DNA of 39,134 nt from an uncultured Deferribacteres bacterium (GCA_964014485.1 CAXHAT010000062.1:1-39134), one strand, 5' to 3'; positions 15,543 to 25,633 are shown, counted from the first letter of the stretch. The notes: generated from the sequence alone by a model not told the origin. Translations and numbers: made by a program.

Positions 15543-17569
15543 TATTCGTAATCAGAGAGAAAGATTACCTCGTCAGGCTGAATATGGAATTTGTTGTAGC
15601 CTTTTTTCTTCGCCTCCTCATACTCTCGCTCCATCTCTTCGTCGCTCTTCTTTTTCGCCTTATTTCTTTGAAGCCCGAGAATCGTAGCTTTTTGTTTCCC
15701 AAGTTCTTCGGGGGGAATTTCCACCATTTTTACCACCTGTATTTTATCGCCCCAGGCTGTTGTTTCGACTTGACTATATACCGGTCGATATTGAGTCAAA
15801 TGAGATTGCAGTAATTCCATTTCTTCGGGATAACTGCTGTGTTCCGCTAAATAATACCCCGTACTGGCCACAATATCAAATCGTACGCCGCTTGGTTCAC
15901 CGGGTTTTCTGTTGAGATCATGCTGGAAATTACTCGCATGCGCAGAACTGAACGACGTAGAACCCATGCCGCGCAAAGAAATTGCACCACCTTCCGCAAT
16001 CGCCTTGTCAATCCCCGCCGCCAATGTGGAAGAAAAAAGACTATAAGGCACACCGCGATACACCGTTTTCGGTGTGTCTAGTTTCTGCTTGGTGAGATGC
16101 TGCAAGTTTTTGAAGTGTGATGTTTGCTCGCTGTCAAGACATGTAAGCGTCTCCGGGCAATGTCTTAAACGAGCGTTGAAATCTTCGTGGAAGTAAGTGC
16201 TATATCTTTTTATCGATTGACTTGGATTGTGATTCCCTTTTTTGTTTCCCGGAAAATCTGGTGGATTCTTCTTTTGCCAAAACTGCATTCTCTTATCGAT
16301 TAATTTTACATCATCGTACGAACGCAACTCTTTAGGGAACTGAGAAAGCAACTCCTCGTTGGTCTTCGCGAAAATTCCGGTCTTATTTTCCTTGGCCGCC
16401 TTGGCCGCTGCGGCTTGCTCGCCGACCGGCGTGAAGCCAAACATTTCTCCTACCTTGCTTATAAAACTAGAGGTAGGCGTAGGAGTAGGAGTAGGATGCG
16501 CAGGAGAACTTTTGCCGCCAGTATTCTTTTCAAGCGACTCTTTAAAAACGTCTTCAATGTGGTTTTTGATGTTTATTATAGTAAATTTCTTTCCATGAAT
16601 ACTGATCTTCACCCCAAGTTTTTCGGCTACAGAGTCTACGACGCCCTCGGTTTCCAAAAGCAAATTCATCTCTGCTTGATCTTTAAAAAACTGCAATGTC
16701 TTGTCGTAACCGACATCACCAGCGTTTTCTTTAATTTTGTTTATTAACGTTTTAAATTTTTCATGATGTTCGTTTAATTTCTCTGGTGTTTCCTTTGCCG
16801 CATCGTGGGAGTTTTTGGCAAGATTGTATGATTCAATCAAATGCTTTGAAAGAATTTCGATATTATCATATTTAGTGGTGGCCTGCTTCATGCCAAGCGA
16901 CTTAACAACCTCTTTCAAATGCGCCGCTTTTTGGTTTTTAAGTTCAGACTTCGCCGCTAATAAATTCATTGACATCCCTTGGCCATTTAGACCAAGCTTG
17001 TTTAATTTGTCTTTGTATTCATCAAACAGTTTGATCGCATCCTTAGCATCCTCCTTCAGCTTGGCCGCTTTTTCCTTGGCCGCCGCTTCTTTTTCGGCTT
17101 TCTTCTTCGCCTTTTCTTCGGCTTGCTGTTTTTTGAGTTTTTCTTTTTCCAATTGGTCGGCGGATTTTTTCTTTACTGTTTTTTTCTTTACTGTTTTTTT
17201 CTTCGCGGTTTTTTTCTTCACCGCCTTTTTCACCGCTTTCTTCGCCTTGACGGCCTTTTTGGCAGTTTTCGCCTTCTTCGCCGTTCCCACGGCAGTCTTC
17301 TTCTTAGGCGCGGCCTTCTTCTTTTCTACCTTGACGAGCGTTCCCTCTTCGAGCGCCTGCGCACCCACAAACGCGCCTCCTTTGTATGTCTTGCCTTGGT
17401 ACGTTAACGTGTGTCCAGCCGGAACACGCGCAGCCGCTAACCGCTCGATACGCAACGACAAGAGACGAATCATTACCTTTTTGCCGGCGCGAGTCGATAC
17501 ATCGATCTTCGGCGCAGAAATGCCGAGACGCTGGAAACAGTTGAGTGAGAGGCGGTTAATCGTCTTCAT
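15542..17569 (-). CDS. Head-associated protein with a Lys-rich histone-like tract and C-terminal VIP2/C3-type (R-S-E) ADP-ribosyltransferase
   Basis: FNARLR, TVYRGV, GSTS and EEMELL motifs; KKAVKKKTAKKKTVKKK tract; overlaps the muF stop. Confidence 0.85.
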   Translation of the reverse strand: MKTINRLSLNCFQRLGISAPKIDVSTRAGKKVMIRLLSLRIERLAAARVPAGHTLTYQGKTYKGGAFVGAQALEEGTLVKVEKKKAAPKKKTAVGTAKKAKTAKKAVKAKKAVKKAVKKKTAKKKTVKKKTVKKKSADQLEKEKLKKQQAEEKAKKKAEKEAAAKEKAAKLKEDAKDAIKLFDEYKDKLNKLGLNGQGMSMNLLAAKSELKNQKAAHLKEVVKSLGMKQATTKYDNIEILSKHLIESYNLAKNSHDAAKETPEKLNEHHEKFKTLINKIKENAGDVGYDKTLQFFKDQAEMNLLLETEGVVDSVAEKLGVKISIHGKKFTIINIKNHIEDVFKESLEKNTGGKSSPAHPTPTPTPTSSFISKVGEMFGFTPVGEQAAAAKAAKENKTGIFAKTNEELLSQFPKELRSYDDVKLIDKRMQFWQKKNPPDFPGNKKGNHNPSQSIKRYSTYFHEDFNARLRHCPETLTCLDSEQTSHFKNLQHLTKQKLDTPKTVYRGVPYSLFSSTLAAGIDKAIAEGGAISLRGMGSTSFSSAHASNFQHDLNRKPGEPSGVRFDIVASTGYYLAEHSSYPEEMELLQSHLTQYRPVYSQVETTAWGDKIQVVKMVEIPPEELGKQKATILGLQRNKAKKKSDEEMEREYEEAKKKGYNKFHIQPDEVIFLSDYE

Positions 17570-18582
17570 ATTGTCACCACTGCCCGACGCTGCGGACCCA
17601 CAAAGCCGCTATCTGGACGAAACGGAATATCATCTAGCCGATGCTCTGGGAAGTCCGGCGGAACTCCCGTTTCCACCCAACGCTGCGCCTCCGTAACGCC
17701 CAACGCTGCCGCTCGCTCTTTCGTGAGAAGAGTTACACCGCAGCGGCACTGAAAATCCCAGGGCGGCAGGAAGAGACTCCACATCGGGTCGTCTCGGCGG
17801 TAAATATTCGTGCCGTCCAATCCCAGCAACTCGAGCGCCAAGTGCTCATCTCGCACGCGGCCGTCGTGGATTGCGTGGTACGCTTGGTACGGAAACACGT
17901 CTCGCACCACCGGTTCGTTGGCCAACTGCTCGTGCGCCGCATGAAACGCCGATTGGATATTAGTGCGGTAAACATTTTCGAGATGCGCCGCGCCAATCGG
18001 CGAAGTTTCCAGCGTCTCAATTACGCGTGATTCGAAGCCGCGTAAACTGGCGCCCTCTCGCACCGTCTCCGCCAACGCTTCCCGGATAGCGCTAATCGTC
18101 TCCTCGCTATCAATGCGAGCAATCGTAAATGCATGCTGACGCGCGTCCTGCGCCATCTCGTCAAAATCCGCCCTGGTCACCACGCCCCGCTCAAGCAGAT
18201 CGTCGCGAGCACGCTCAATCAGTGGAAGGCGAACCATAGGCTCTTGGTCGTCCTCGTCGCCGAAGACCCCCCGCGGCGGATCGCGGGGCGGTGTTTTGTC
18301 CTCAATTTCACGCAGCGCGTCCGCCGGCAGACGGCTAACCACTTCCTCCCATCCCGCCACCGATGCCCATATTTCTGCGTCCGATAGAGTCTCGGCCAAT
18401 ATCGGCTCGTATTCCTGTAAGATTTCGCGCGCCGCCTCGATTACGTCAAAAGGGCGTAGGATCGTATCTGCCGCCAAAATAGCCTCAGCCAGACGCTCAC
18501 GCAGTTCGGCCGCCACCGTTTCGGCGACCAAAAGTGATTGACCAATTACCTGGTTGAGCGTATTGTCTTCGGCGTGCGGCAA
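17566..18582 (-). CDS. MuF / SPP1 gp7-family minor head protein
   Basis: AFTIA, YRTNIQSA, DGRVRDEH, PPWDFQCRC. Confidence 0.9.
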   Translation of the reverse strand: MPHAEDNTLNQVIGQSLLVAETVAAELRERLAEAILAADTILRPFDVIEAAREILQEYEPILAETLSDAEIWASVAGWEEVVSRLPADALREIEDKTPPRDPPRGVFGDEDDQEPMVRLPLIERARDDLLERGVVTRADFDEMAQDARQHAFTIARIDSEETISAIREALAETVREGASLRGFESRVIETLETSPIGAAHLENVYRTNIQSAFHAAHEQLANEPVVRDVFPYQAYHAIHDGRVRDEHLALELLGLDGTNIYRRDDPMWSLFLPPWDFQCRCGVTLLTKERAAALGVTEAQRWVETGVPPDFPEHRLDDIPFRPDSGFVGPQRRAVVTI

Positions 18583-18600
18583 AATATTTAACAGTCCATA

Positions 18601-18771
18601 CTATTTGGTTTTTTCTTTGCTTGATTCTTCTTCCTTACGCATGTCCAGGTCAACATATCGGCAAGATCCTTTTTCAACGCCAAATCTCTCTAGCCTTTTC
18701 GGGCGCTGCTCAATATGTTCTTCGATTTCTTTTTTGAATTTATTAACATGCTCTGATTTTTCGTTATTCAT
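18601..18771 (-). CDS. Small charged protein downstream of the second ART (possible immunity or partner protein)
   Basis: Start overlaps the ART stop. Confidence 0.5.
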   Translation of the reverse strand: MNNEKSEHVNKFKKEIEEHIEQRPKRLERFGVEKGSCRYVDLDMRKEEESSKEKTK

Positions 18772-19768
18772 TTGTTTCAATTTCATCAAGTTGATATACT
18801 ACCATGTTTTTACCAAGCGTCTTACGAGTTTTTTTCCCAACTACACGGTAATGCGTTCCATGCCTCTGCATAAGCTCCGTCTCCGGCTTGAATTGGGAAT
18901 ATGGCGCAACATAATGACCTGTTTTCGCACGGACTTCAAACATTGTTCCCTTACCCCATCCCGCATAAGAAATTGCCACATGTGGAGTTGTTGTTGTTGA
19001 GCGCATTCCGTCAAATGTCACCGCACCGTCATTTTTCAACGCTTTTTCAACATTTTCTATAATTGATGGGTCAGTTGTTTCTCGCAAACCAAAGTATACC
19101 GTTTCCGGCTCTGGAAGCTTCTGGGAGGCAAGTTTTTGGAGTTCGTCAAGTTTCCATTTATTGTGCTCGTCTACGCAATCAAGTGTTTCAGGGCATTCTC
19201 TTAATCTCCGATTGAGACGAGAATAGCTTGGAGAAGTATAGAACTTTATGGCTTGTAATTCTTTTTCGTTCAGCGGTCCCTGAGTTTTCTGCCATTTCGA
19301 CAAAGAAAAATACTTAAAAACTGAAGAGACTAACGAACGAAAGGATTTGGGGAATTCTCGCGCCGACTCCTCTTGGGATTTTGAAAACGCGCCCTGCTTG
19401 TTTTTCTTCAAAGATAAAATTTTGTCAACCGTTCTATTTTCTTTTCCTTTCGCCTTTTTGTCCTCATCACCTCCTGACAACTTTGCTTTTTCTTTCGGGG
19501 TGGCGCCATCCATCACTTCTTTGGGAATAAACTCACCGCCCTTGAAATTTTTTCCACCAATACTTACGCCACCCTTAGGGGCATGCACCGCTCCCATACG
19601 TCTTACTCGCAGCGCCAACAGTGTAATTGAAATTTTGCGCCCAGGACTCGATGACACATCAATGCATGCAGGCTGGATGACGTGCAGACGTTGGAAACAT
19701 GCCGCCGATAGCCGCGAAATATGCAATTTTTTTGCATCTCTCATCGACAACCTTTTTATTTTTTTCAT
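18764..19768 (-). CDS. Second ADP-ribosyltransferase-fold protein (paralog), with the conserved Arg position replaced by Phe
   Basis: YTSPSYSRLNRRLRECPETLDC, TVYFGL, RSTT, PETELMQ; N-terminus homologous to 15542-17569. Confidence 0.8.
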   Translation of the reverse strand: MKKIKRLSMRDAKKLHISRLSAACFQRLHVIQPACIDVSSSPGRKISITLLALRVRRMGAVHAPKGGVSIGGKNFKGGEFIPKEVMDGATPKEKAKLSGGDEDKKAKGKENRTVDKILSLKKNKQGAFSKSQEESAREFPKSFRSLVSSVFKYFSLSKWQKTQGPLNEKELQAIKFYTSPSYSRLNRRLRECPETLDCVDEHNKWKLDELQKLASQKLPEPETVYFGLRETTDPSIIENVEKALKNDGAVTFDGMRSTTTTPHVAISYAGWGKGTMFEVRAKTGHYVAPYSQFKPETELMQRHGTHYRVVGKKTRKTLGKNMVVYQLDEIETNE

Positions 19769-20019
19769 TGTATTATCTCCGCCCGCACTCGCGATCCGCT
19801 GTAATGCGCCGCCGCTAATTCCAAAAACTTATCCCCGTCTGACGGTATAATTAACTCTTCCATCGTCGCGTCGGCCGGAAACGCGTCCGAAAGGATCGTC
19901 TTGGCGAGCGCATTATTAGGATCACCGCCTGTAACTTTTGCTTCGCCGTCCACAACTCCCAAGGTAAAAATCTTGCGAGGTTTATGATCAAAATTATACG
20001 AGTAAAAGTCGACTTTCAT
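19765..20019 (-). CDS. Hypothetical protein (84 aa) downstream of the kinase fusion
   Basis: Stop overlaps the ART2 start. Confidence 0.65.
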   Translation of the reverse strand: MKVDFYSYNFDHKPRKIFTLGVVDGEAKVTGGDPNNALAKTILSDAFPADATMEELIIPSDGDKFLELAAAHYSGSRVRAEIIQ

Positions 20020-20034
20020 AATTTCTATCTTGCG

Positions 20035-23000
20035 CTAAAACACTGCTGTGGAAGTGTGTTTGCTCCATATCCTCCCGAAACCCTTCGATCCGAATCGCAC
20101 CTTATCGACTCGCTCCCAAAACGCATCGATCTCTTTTTTTGTAAGCAACTCCCCCTGCTCACCTTGCGTTAATTCGGCAGTAATTTTTTCCTTATTCTCC
20201 GCCAAATTATCAAGCGCTGCCACGGTCTCGCGAGATAAATTCTCATTTTCTCCAATCAAATCATGTGCAAATGTGCGAATCTTGGGATAATACTGACCGC
20301 GGCCGTCTTTGCGTGGCTTTGGCTCTTTTGCTCCATTTAAAGTATATCCCCCAGGTTCTCCAAATGAAAGGCCATTGTCAATTAGCGCAATCTCCAATCC
20401 GCCCCCTTCTTTGGGACGCGCCATAATATTAGCGGAATGCCGATCCTTATTACCTGTTATCAGATCGAATACAGCCAATCTCTCTCGCGTGCGTTTCCCT
20501 GCCGATTCAACCAATCCCTTGTACGAAAACCTTGGGTCGCCGCCTGACATCTCTTGCAAATCTGAAAAAGTATTTCCGCCGCCAAAAAATTCCTGGACGC
20601 TTCCAAGGCCCTTGTGTCCTTCGCTGAGCACCGTTTCCGGGACAAGCCCAAAGCCAAGCGCCTTGTCGATAATCGACGCCGCCGCCTCACGCTTATACTG
20701 CTGATCATGCGGAAAGCCTGATCTCAGGATGTTCATGTTTTCTCCGATCTTCGGCTTGTAGACCCCCTGAGAACCGTTTTCTAACTTGACCATATACGCG
20801 CTGTTTGTCCCCTTTTGAGCGCCGATCGGACCATGCGATACGATTTTCGATCGCACCCCTTTGCCAGTGGTTTTCGCCGCAGCAATTCTTTCCTTTCGCT
20901 TGCCGCCTAATTTAGAAAAAGCAGAAAACACGGCGTTTATCACGCCTGCATTTTTTCCTGTTTTCTCGCCTTCATCCTCCATCAGCGCATCGGTCGATTG
21001 CGAAGCGCCCGCCTGCGATTGTTTCTTTTGAGTCGGTTCGTCCCCCGTCTCTGCATGCTGCTGAGCGGCTACCTGATCCACTTCCGTTTGACTCTTGCCC
21101 GGAATAAACTGCCCGCCAGGGTAGAATTTGCCGTCGATGTTCACGCCGCCCTTCGGGGCTTGAGCAAGTTTTTTGCGATTTGTGCTCAACTTTTCCCACA
21201 CCGCGTCTAAAATCGCATCATCTTCTTCGCTCAAAAAGATTTCTTCGCCAGCTCCGCCTGACTTTTGCTTAGTGCTTAGCGCCATTTTCTGTTTCCGATT
21301 CTTTTTTTCCTCTTGGTAAGCCGACAGCACCCTCCGCGACAAACTCCCCTCGCTTAAATCAAATGTAGCCAAAAATGAGTCGCCGTTTTCTTTCCACCAT
21401 TCCCGACCCTCTTTCGATTTCATCAAGTCCGAAATGCGATTCGCCGAAGAAAGCGACTTCGGCAATTTGCTTTTTAGTTTGGGGTTAATTTCTCCGTCGT
21501 ATCCCAAGCGAGGCCAAACGTAATAACCAAACATTTTGTTGTCTGGGTCGTCTTCTCGCGCCGCCCAGCATTCTATCCTTTTGAATCCCGACTCAATCAT
21601 TTTTTCCACTTGCGCAGAAAAAACTTGCATCCCTAACCCGCCGCCTTGATGTTGGGGGGGGATTTCAAACGACTCGTTGTAAATCCAGTCTTCATAAACC
21701 TGACGATTGAATTTAGCTTCGCTTTCATCGTCAAATTCAATTGTGCCCTGCGCATAAATGTGATCGCCGTAAGAACTTAACAGCACATGGGCATCGTCCG
21801 GCGCACCCACAACATCAGCAAACTTTTCATCTGGGAAATCTGCACCAAAAAGATTGGCCTTGGTTCGTTGGTATGCCTCTTTTTGGTCTTTTGTAAAATC
21901 CTTGACTTTAACCGTGGCTTTCGAGCGGCGTGAAGAATGAATTTCAGCCTGACCACCACTCGGCTTATTAGTGTTACTTTCGTTTTCATCCAAATGCCAT
22001 CGACCGCCCCGCAGCACTTCCCGATGACCCGCACGATTGACACGAGTATCCCCCTCTCTAGCCAATCGCTGCGCCGACAACCTTGCCGCAATCTTTCGCC
22101 GCGTCCGCTGCACAATCTTTTCCGCACCGTCCTGCGCCACCTTGCTCCGCAACGACATCTGCATAGCGCCCGGATCGGCGCCCGGAGGCGGAGCCTGCTC
22201 ACCTCCAGGCGGTTGCTCGCCGCCTTGATGCCGCTCCATCGCTTGCTCACCGAGCGGCTGGAATGGACAATTAAAATCGATCGCCTTGCCAAAATTGTAA
22301 TATACCGCCGGCTCCGCCACCTGCGTTTCGAAGTCGTCCACAATCCGAGACAACCACAAATCCAGACCCGTAAAGTAGGCATCCATCGGGACTTGTTTGC
22401 CCTGCCAAGCGCCGGTCGCCTGGCTCATTAGCACGTCGTCAGGTATCTCCAGCCCGCGCAAAATCTCCACATCGCAGTCTTTAGGATACTGCAAGATATG
22501 CGCCGGATTAGCTGACACCTGCGCCGGAGTCCAATCCCACATCTCTCGACCGCCCTCGTCATACACCCTCGGCAGCGCCACCACGTTACCGGCCATCGCC
22601 TGCTCAATCATCTCCCGCATAATGTCGCGATTCGGCACTTCCCCCTTGCCGTCAATATTCGTGGTGCCCGGAGGATACGCGCCGCGCACGCCCGTGTACG
22701 AGTCCTTGCGCATGAACAAACGCCGCACATCCAATGCACCGCCGTCTAGCCACTTGTCCGCCCACGGAGAATAAGCGCCATGACAAATAGATTGACCATA
22801 GTACGAATCGCTCTCCGGCTGATAAGAATGCCAGAACGCTTTAGGCTTTCTCAAATCAACATGACTCTCTCCTGCCACACGTTTGAACCGCACTCCCGCC
22901 AACCGTCCACGCGACTCGAGCGCAATTACGTCCCTTGCATGACGCTCCAACAAATCGTCAAAGAGAATTTTGTCGCCCTGTTGCTTCCAGATTATTTCGC

Positions 23001-23364
23001 CCGCCATCCACCCCCACGTTTGCGCCTTAATCACCTTCGGCAACGCTTTTTTCCAAAATTGCTTTCTCAGGTCATCAACAAACTTCGCAACTTCCTCGCT
23101 GGGACTTTCCGCGCCGTCCACCCACTGCCCGTCTTGATCGCGACCAAACTTCGCGCCTACAATTGCCGCGGCGCGCATGGCCAGACCCAGCTTAACCGTT
23201 TGGTCCATCAACATAGCCTCGATGGTCGCAAACGTAAAATAGGGCAGGTCGCGGGGCTGTCGAAACAGACGAACGGGCAGAGGCCGGTAACCCTCGGTCG
23301 CCGGATGTTTGTCTGTTGTAAATAACGCCTTGACGGCGTTTTTAACGCGCCCCATAAGTGGCAT
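20035..23364 (-). CDS. Portal protein (Mu gp29/DUF935-like) fused to GNAT acetyltransferase and PI3/4-kinase/HipA-like kinase domains (1109 aa)
   Basis: N-terminal ~400 aa are portal-like (MLMDQTVKLGLAMR, GWMAGEIIW, YYGQSI, PAVYYNFG). GNAT motif A QHQGGGLG and GYYVWPRLGY. Kinase motifs GVYKP, REAAA, VPET, NKDRHSAN, IDNGLSF. Confidence 0.8.
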   Translation of the reverse strand: MPLMGRVKNAVKALFTTDKHPATEGYRPLPVRLFRQPRDLPYFTFATIEAMLMDQTVKLGLAMRAAAIVGAKFGRDQDGQWVDGAESPSEEVAKFVDDLRKQFWKKALPKVIKAQTWGWMAGEIIWKQQGDKILFDDLLERHARDVIALESRGRLAGVRFKRVAGESHVDLRKPKAFWHSYQPESDSYYGQSICHGAYSPWADKWLDGGALDVRRLFMRKDSYTGVRGAYPPGTTNIDGKGEVPNRDIMREMIEQAMAGNVVALPRVYDEGGREMWDWTPAQVSANPAHILQYPKDCDVEILRGLEIPDDVLMSQATGAWQGKQVPMDAYFTGLDLWLSRIVDDFETQVAEPAVYYNFGKAIDFNCPFQPLGEQAMERHQGGEQPPGGEQAPPPGADPGAMQMSLRSKVAQDGAEKIVQRTRRKIAARLSAQRLAREGDTRVNRAGHREVLRGGRWHLDENESNTNKPSGGQAEIHSSRRSKATVKVKDFTKDQKEAYQRTKANLFGADFPDEKFADVVGAPDDAHVLLSSYGDHIYAQGTIEFDDESEAKFNRQVYEDWIYNESFEIPPQHQGGGLGMQVFSAQVEKMIESGFKRIECWAAREDDPDNKMFGYYVWPRLGYDGEINPKLKSKLPKSLSSANRISDLMKSKEGREWWKENGDSFLATFDLSEGSLSRRVLSAYQEEKKNRKQKMALSTKQKSGGAGEEIFLSEEDDAILDAVWEKLSTNRKKLAQAPKGGVNIDGKFYPGGQFIPGKSQTEVDQVAAQQHAETGDEPTQKKQSQAGASQSTDALMEDEGEKTGKNAGVINAVFSAFSKLGGKRKERIAAAKTTGKGVRSKIVSHGPIGAQKGTNSAYMVKLENGSQGVYKPKIGENMNILRSGFPHDQQYKREAAASIIDKALGFGLVPETVLSEGHKGLGSVQEFFGGGNTFSDLQEMSGGDPRFSYKGLVESAGKRTRERLAVFDLITGNKDRHSANIMARPKEGGGLEIALIDNGLSFGEPGGYTLNGAKEPKPRKDGRGQYYPKIRTFAHDLIGENENLSRETVAALDNLAENKEKITAELTQGEQGELLTKKEIDAFWERVDKVRFGSKGFGRIWSKHTSTAVF

Positions 23365-23922
23365 TTGTTTTTTGCTCCACTAAACTTTCTAAAAACTTCA
23401 ATCGCATGTCTTCCGCCAAATCATTATCGCCATACGCGGCATAAAACAAGTCGTATATCCCTTGGTGATCTAACCCTTCAAACTGCTCATTTTCAATTCT
23501 TTTTTGCGCCTTGATCCGCGGCAAATTGGATTTCAACGCGTACAACTGTTTCCGCGTCATGTCAAACGCATTAATGCCGTATTCGCGGCTTATGTCGGCG
23601 GCAAGCTCATTTTTTTTTGCAGTTCACCCCATACTTTTCCGATCTGTCCCCAAATTTGATACGCCATCGTTGGAGTACATACCGGCATCACCGTACGATA
23701 CGACTTGGCCACGGCCTGATAAAACTCAGGGGACGTGTTTACCATCGTTTTGCCGGCGTCCCCTGGTACGGAATACTCACGCTCGGCGTCCGCTGATAAC
23801 GCCATAAGCTCCAAAATATCTACGCGTATTTCTTCTCGCTCTCCTTGATCGTTGGGCGGCATTACGATGGAAACCGTACCATCATTGTCCAGTACAAGCC
23901 CTTGTGTATTGTTTTCCGACAT
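23342..23922 (-). CDS. Tail assembly chaperone pair (G/GT-like) joined by a -1 frameshift
   Basis: ORF 23590-23922 ends after C AAA AAA AAA TG (A9 at 23610-23618); the -1 frame stays open (KNELAADISREYGINAFDMTRKQL) into ORF 23342-23560. Confidence 0.7.
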
Positions 23923-23932
23923 AAAAACCTTG

Positions 23933-25585
23933 TTACAATTGGATTGGCCCCAGAGTGTTTTTCACGATGTATTGTACCAGCCACGAAGCGGAGTATAAAG
24001 GTTGCCCAAAAAACACACCTAGTACTTGGTTGGTAAATATCGCCTTTTTTTCAATAGCCTTTTGACCACCCACTTGTATTATTTTTGGTCGCGGGATTGT
24101 GTGCCCGAATCTCAAAGCGTTGCCATGAAACCACACGCTGTTTTTGGGTACGCCGCCCTCTTGTATCACATCGTCTTCGTCCGCAAACGCGCCGTGTCCC
24201 TGTCCTCCAGAAAACGGCTGCGGATTGACGATATTGTCGCCAGCGTTGTCCGTCACCGGGTCTTGTAAAATGCCATGTTGCGCTACTGGATTGTTTTTTC
24301 CGATTGTAAGCGCCGAGTTGAATTTGAGCCACGAAATTGCTGGGGGCGGCTTGGGATTGGTGATCGACTGCAAAAAATCCCCTTGCGGAGGATATTGGCC
24401 TGTCTGCCGTGGTTTTAGCGTGGCCTTCGCGGGCGTGCAAAGGTCAATAATCACGTCGTTTTGAGCGCCGTAGTGTATCCCCGTGTTACCATAAGCGTTG
24501 TACATGGTGTTGCCCATCGATATCGCCCATTCTGACCAATCTAGGCTTAACGGACGCCACAAGCCCGCCTTGATGGTAATATCGTTTAGGGCGATCTTGT
24601 TGAGCGCAGCCACACCGTTTAAGACATTCAGGGTCCACCAAGACGCACGGAAAGAGGCTGGCCAACCATATAAATCTTCTTCAACTTCCAACTCTTTTAG
24701 CATGGTGCGCATGCCAAGCGTGTCTTGATAATTCCTGCGCGAAAAAAGAATCTTGAGGAATTCCGCCCACGGCTTTGCTGCCGACACCCCCCGGCGCCGT
24801 TCGGCGGTCACATTGAGCGTATTAACAAAACCCGCGATTGTCGCTGGTCCTTTATACGCCCATCGCACTCGATGCTTGCCGCTAACTTTTACAATCGATG
24901 TGGGGTAAGGGTTGGGTGAAGCTATTTGCGTATCGTTAATTGAAAAACTAATTCGCCTCTTGTCTTTCGATAGTCGCCAATCTTGTGTGCGTTTGAACCC
25001 CAGTATTACAGGCGGTTGAAATTGACGACGATACAAGTCAGCGTTGTCCGGTATCTTCTCGCCTCGCCGCGTCATGGCGATTTCGATATAGCCGCTGATT
25101 GTCCTTGCAAGGTCGCCCCGCTCGTCGTATTTGTAATCGACTTCGTAATTAATGGCCATCACGCCCTGAAACCGCTGATCCCCACAGCAGTCAGGTATGT
25201 GCGTCACCACTTGCCAATTGACCGCCACGGTCTGTGACGATCCGATGGGACGCCAGCCCAGCATTAATGGTTTGGGACCGAATTTCACATCCCACATTTT
25301 CCCCATGTTGACCTTGATATCCTGCCCGAAACCCTTGTCGATAAATACAAGTTTTTCTCCGTCCTTGGTCAGTTTACAACGGATATCTTCAAGCTGTTCG
25401 TCGGTGTCGCCTGTAGGCGCAGCGTCGCTAGTGACCACTGCTTGCACATTAATTTGATGACGAGAATAAATCGGCGTGCGGTCTGCCTCGTCGCGCACAA
25501 TCGTTGTTTCAACGGTTATCTTCGCAGAACCGTCAAAAGTAAAGCCGTTGTACGTGAGTTCACCTACCGCCGGATGGCCAACCAT
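23933..25585 (-). CDS. Putative tail/baseplate protein (550 aa)
   Basis: Follows the tape-measure-like gene; beta-rich composition. Confidence 0.45.
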   Translation of the reverse strand: MVGHPAVGELTYNGFTFDGSAKITVETTIVRDEADRTPIYSRHQINVQAVVTSDAAPTGDTDEQLEDIRCKLTKDGEKLVFIDKGFGQDIKVNMGKMWDVKFGPKPLMLGWRPIGSSQTVAVNWQVVTHIPDCCGDQRFQGVMAINYEVDYKYDERGDLARTISGYIEIAMTRRGEKIPDNADLYRRQFQPPVILGFKRTQDWRLSKDKRRISFSINDTQIASPNPYPTSIVKVSGKHRVRWAYKGPATIAGFVNTLNVTAERRRGVSAAKPWAEFLKILFSRRNYQDTLGMRTMLKELEVEEDLYGWPASFRASWWTLNVLNGVAALNKIALNDITIKAGLWRPLSLDWSEWAISMGNTMYNAYGNTGIHYGAQNDVIIDLCTPAKATLKPRQTGQYPPQGDFLQSITNPKPPPAISWLKFNSALTIGKNNPVAQHGILQDPVTDNAGDNIVNPQPFSGGQGHGAFADEDDVIQEGGVPKNSVWFHGNALRFGHTIPRPKIIQVGGQKAIEKKAIFTNQVLGVFFGQPLYSASWLVQYIVKNTLGPIQL

Positions 25586-25633
25586 TGTAAAATCTAACTC
25601 TCCCTATTTGTAACCACTACCCACAAATGAAAA

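Noticed and set aside
16815..17696. 293-aa plus-strand Phe-rich ORF, and similar antisense ORFs elsewhere
   Set aside because: Shadow of the Lys-rich minus-strand gene
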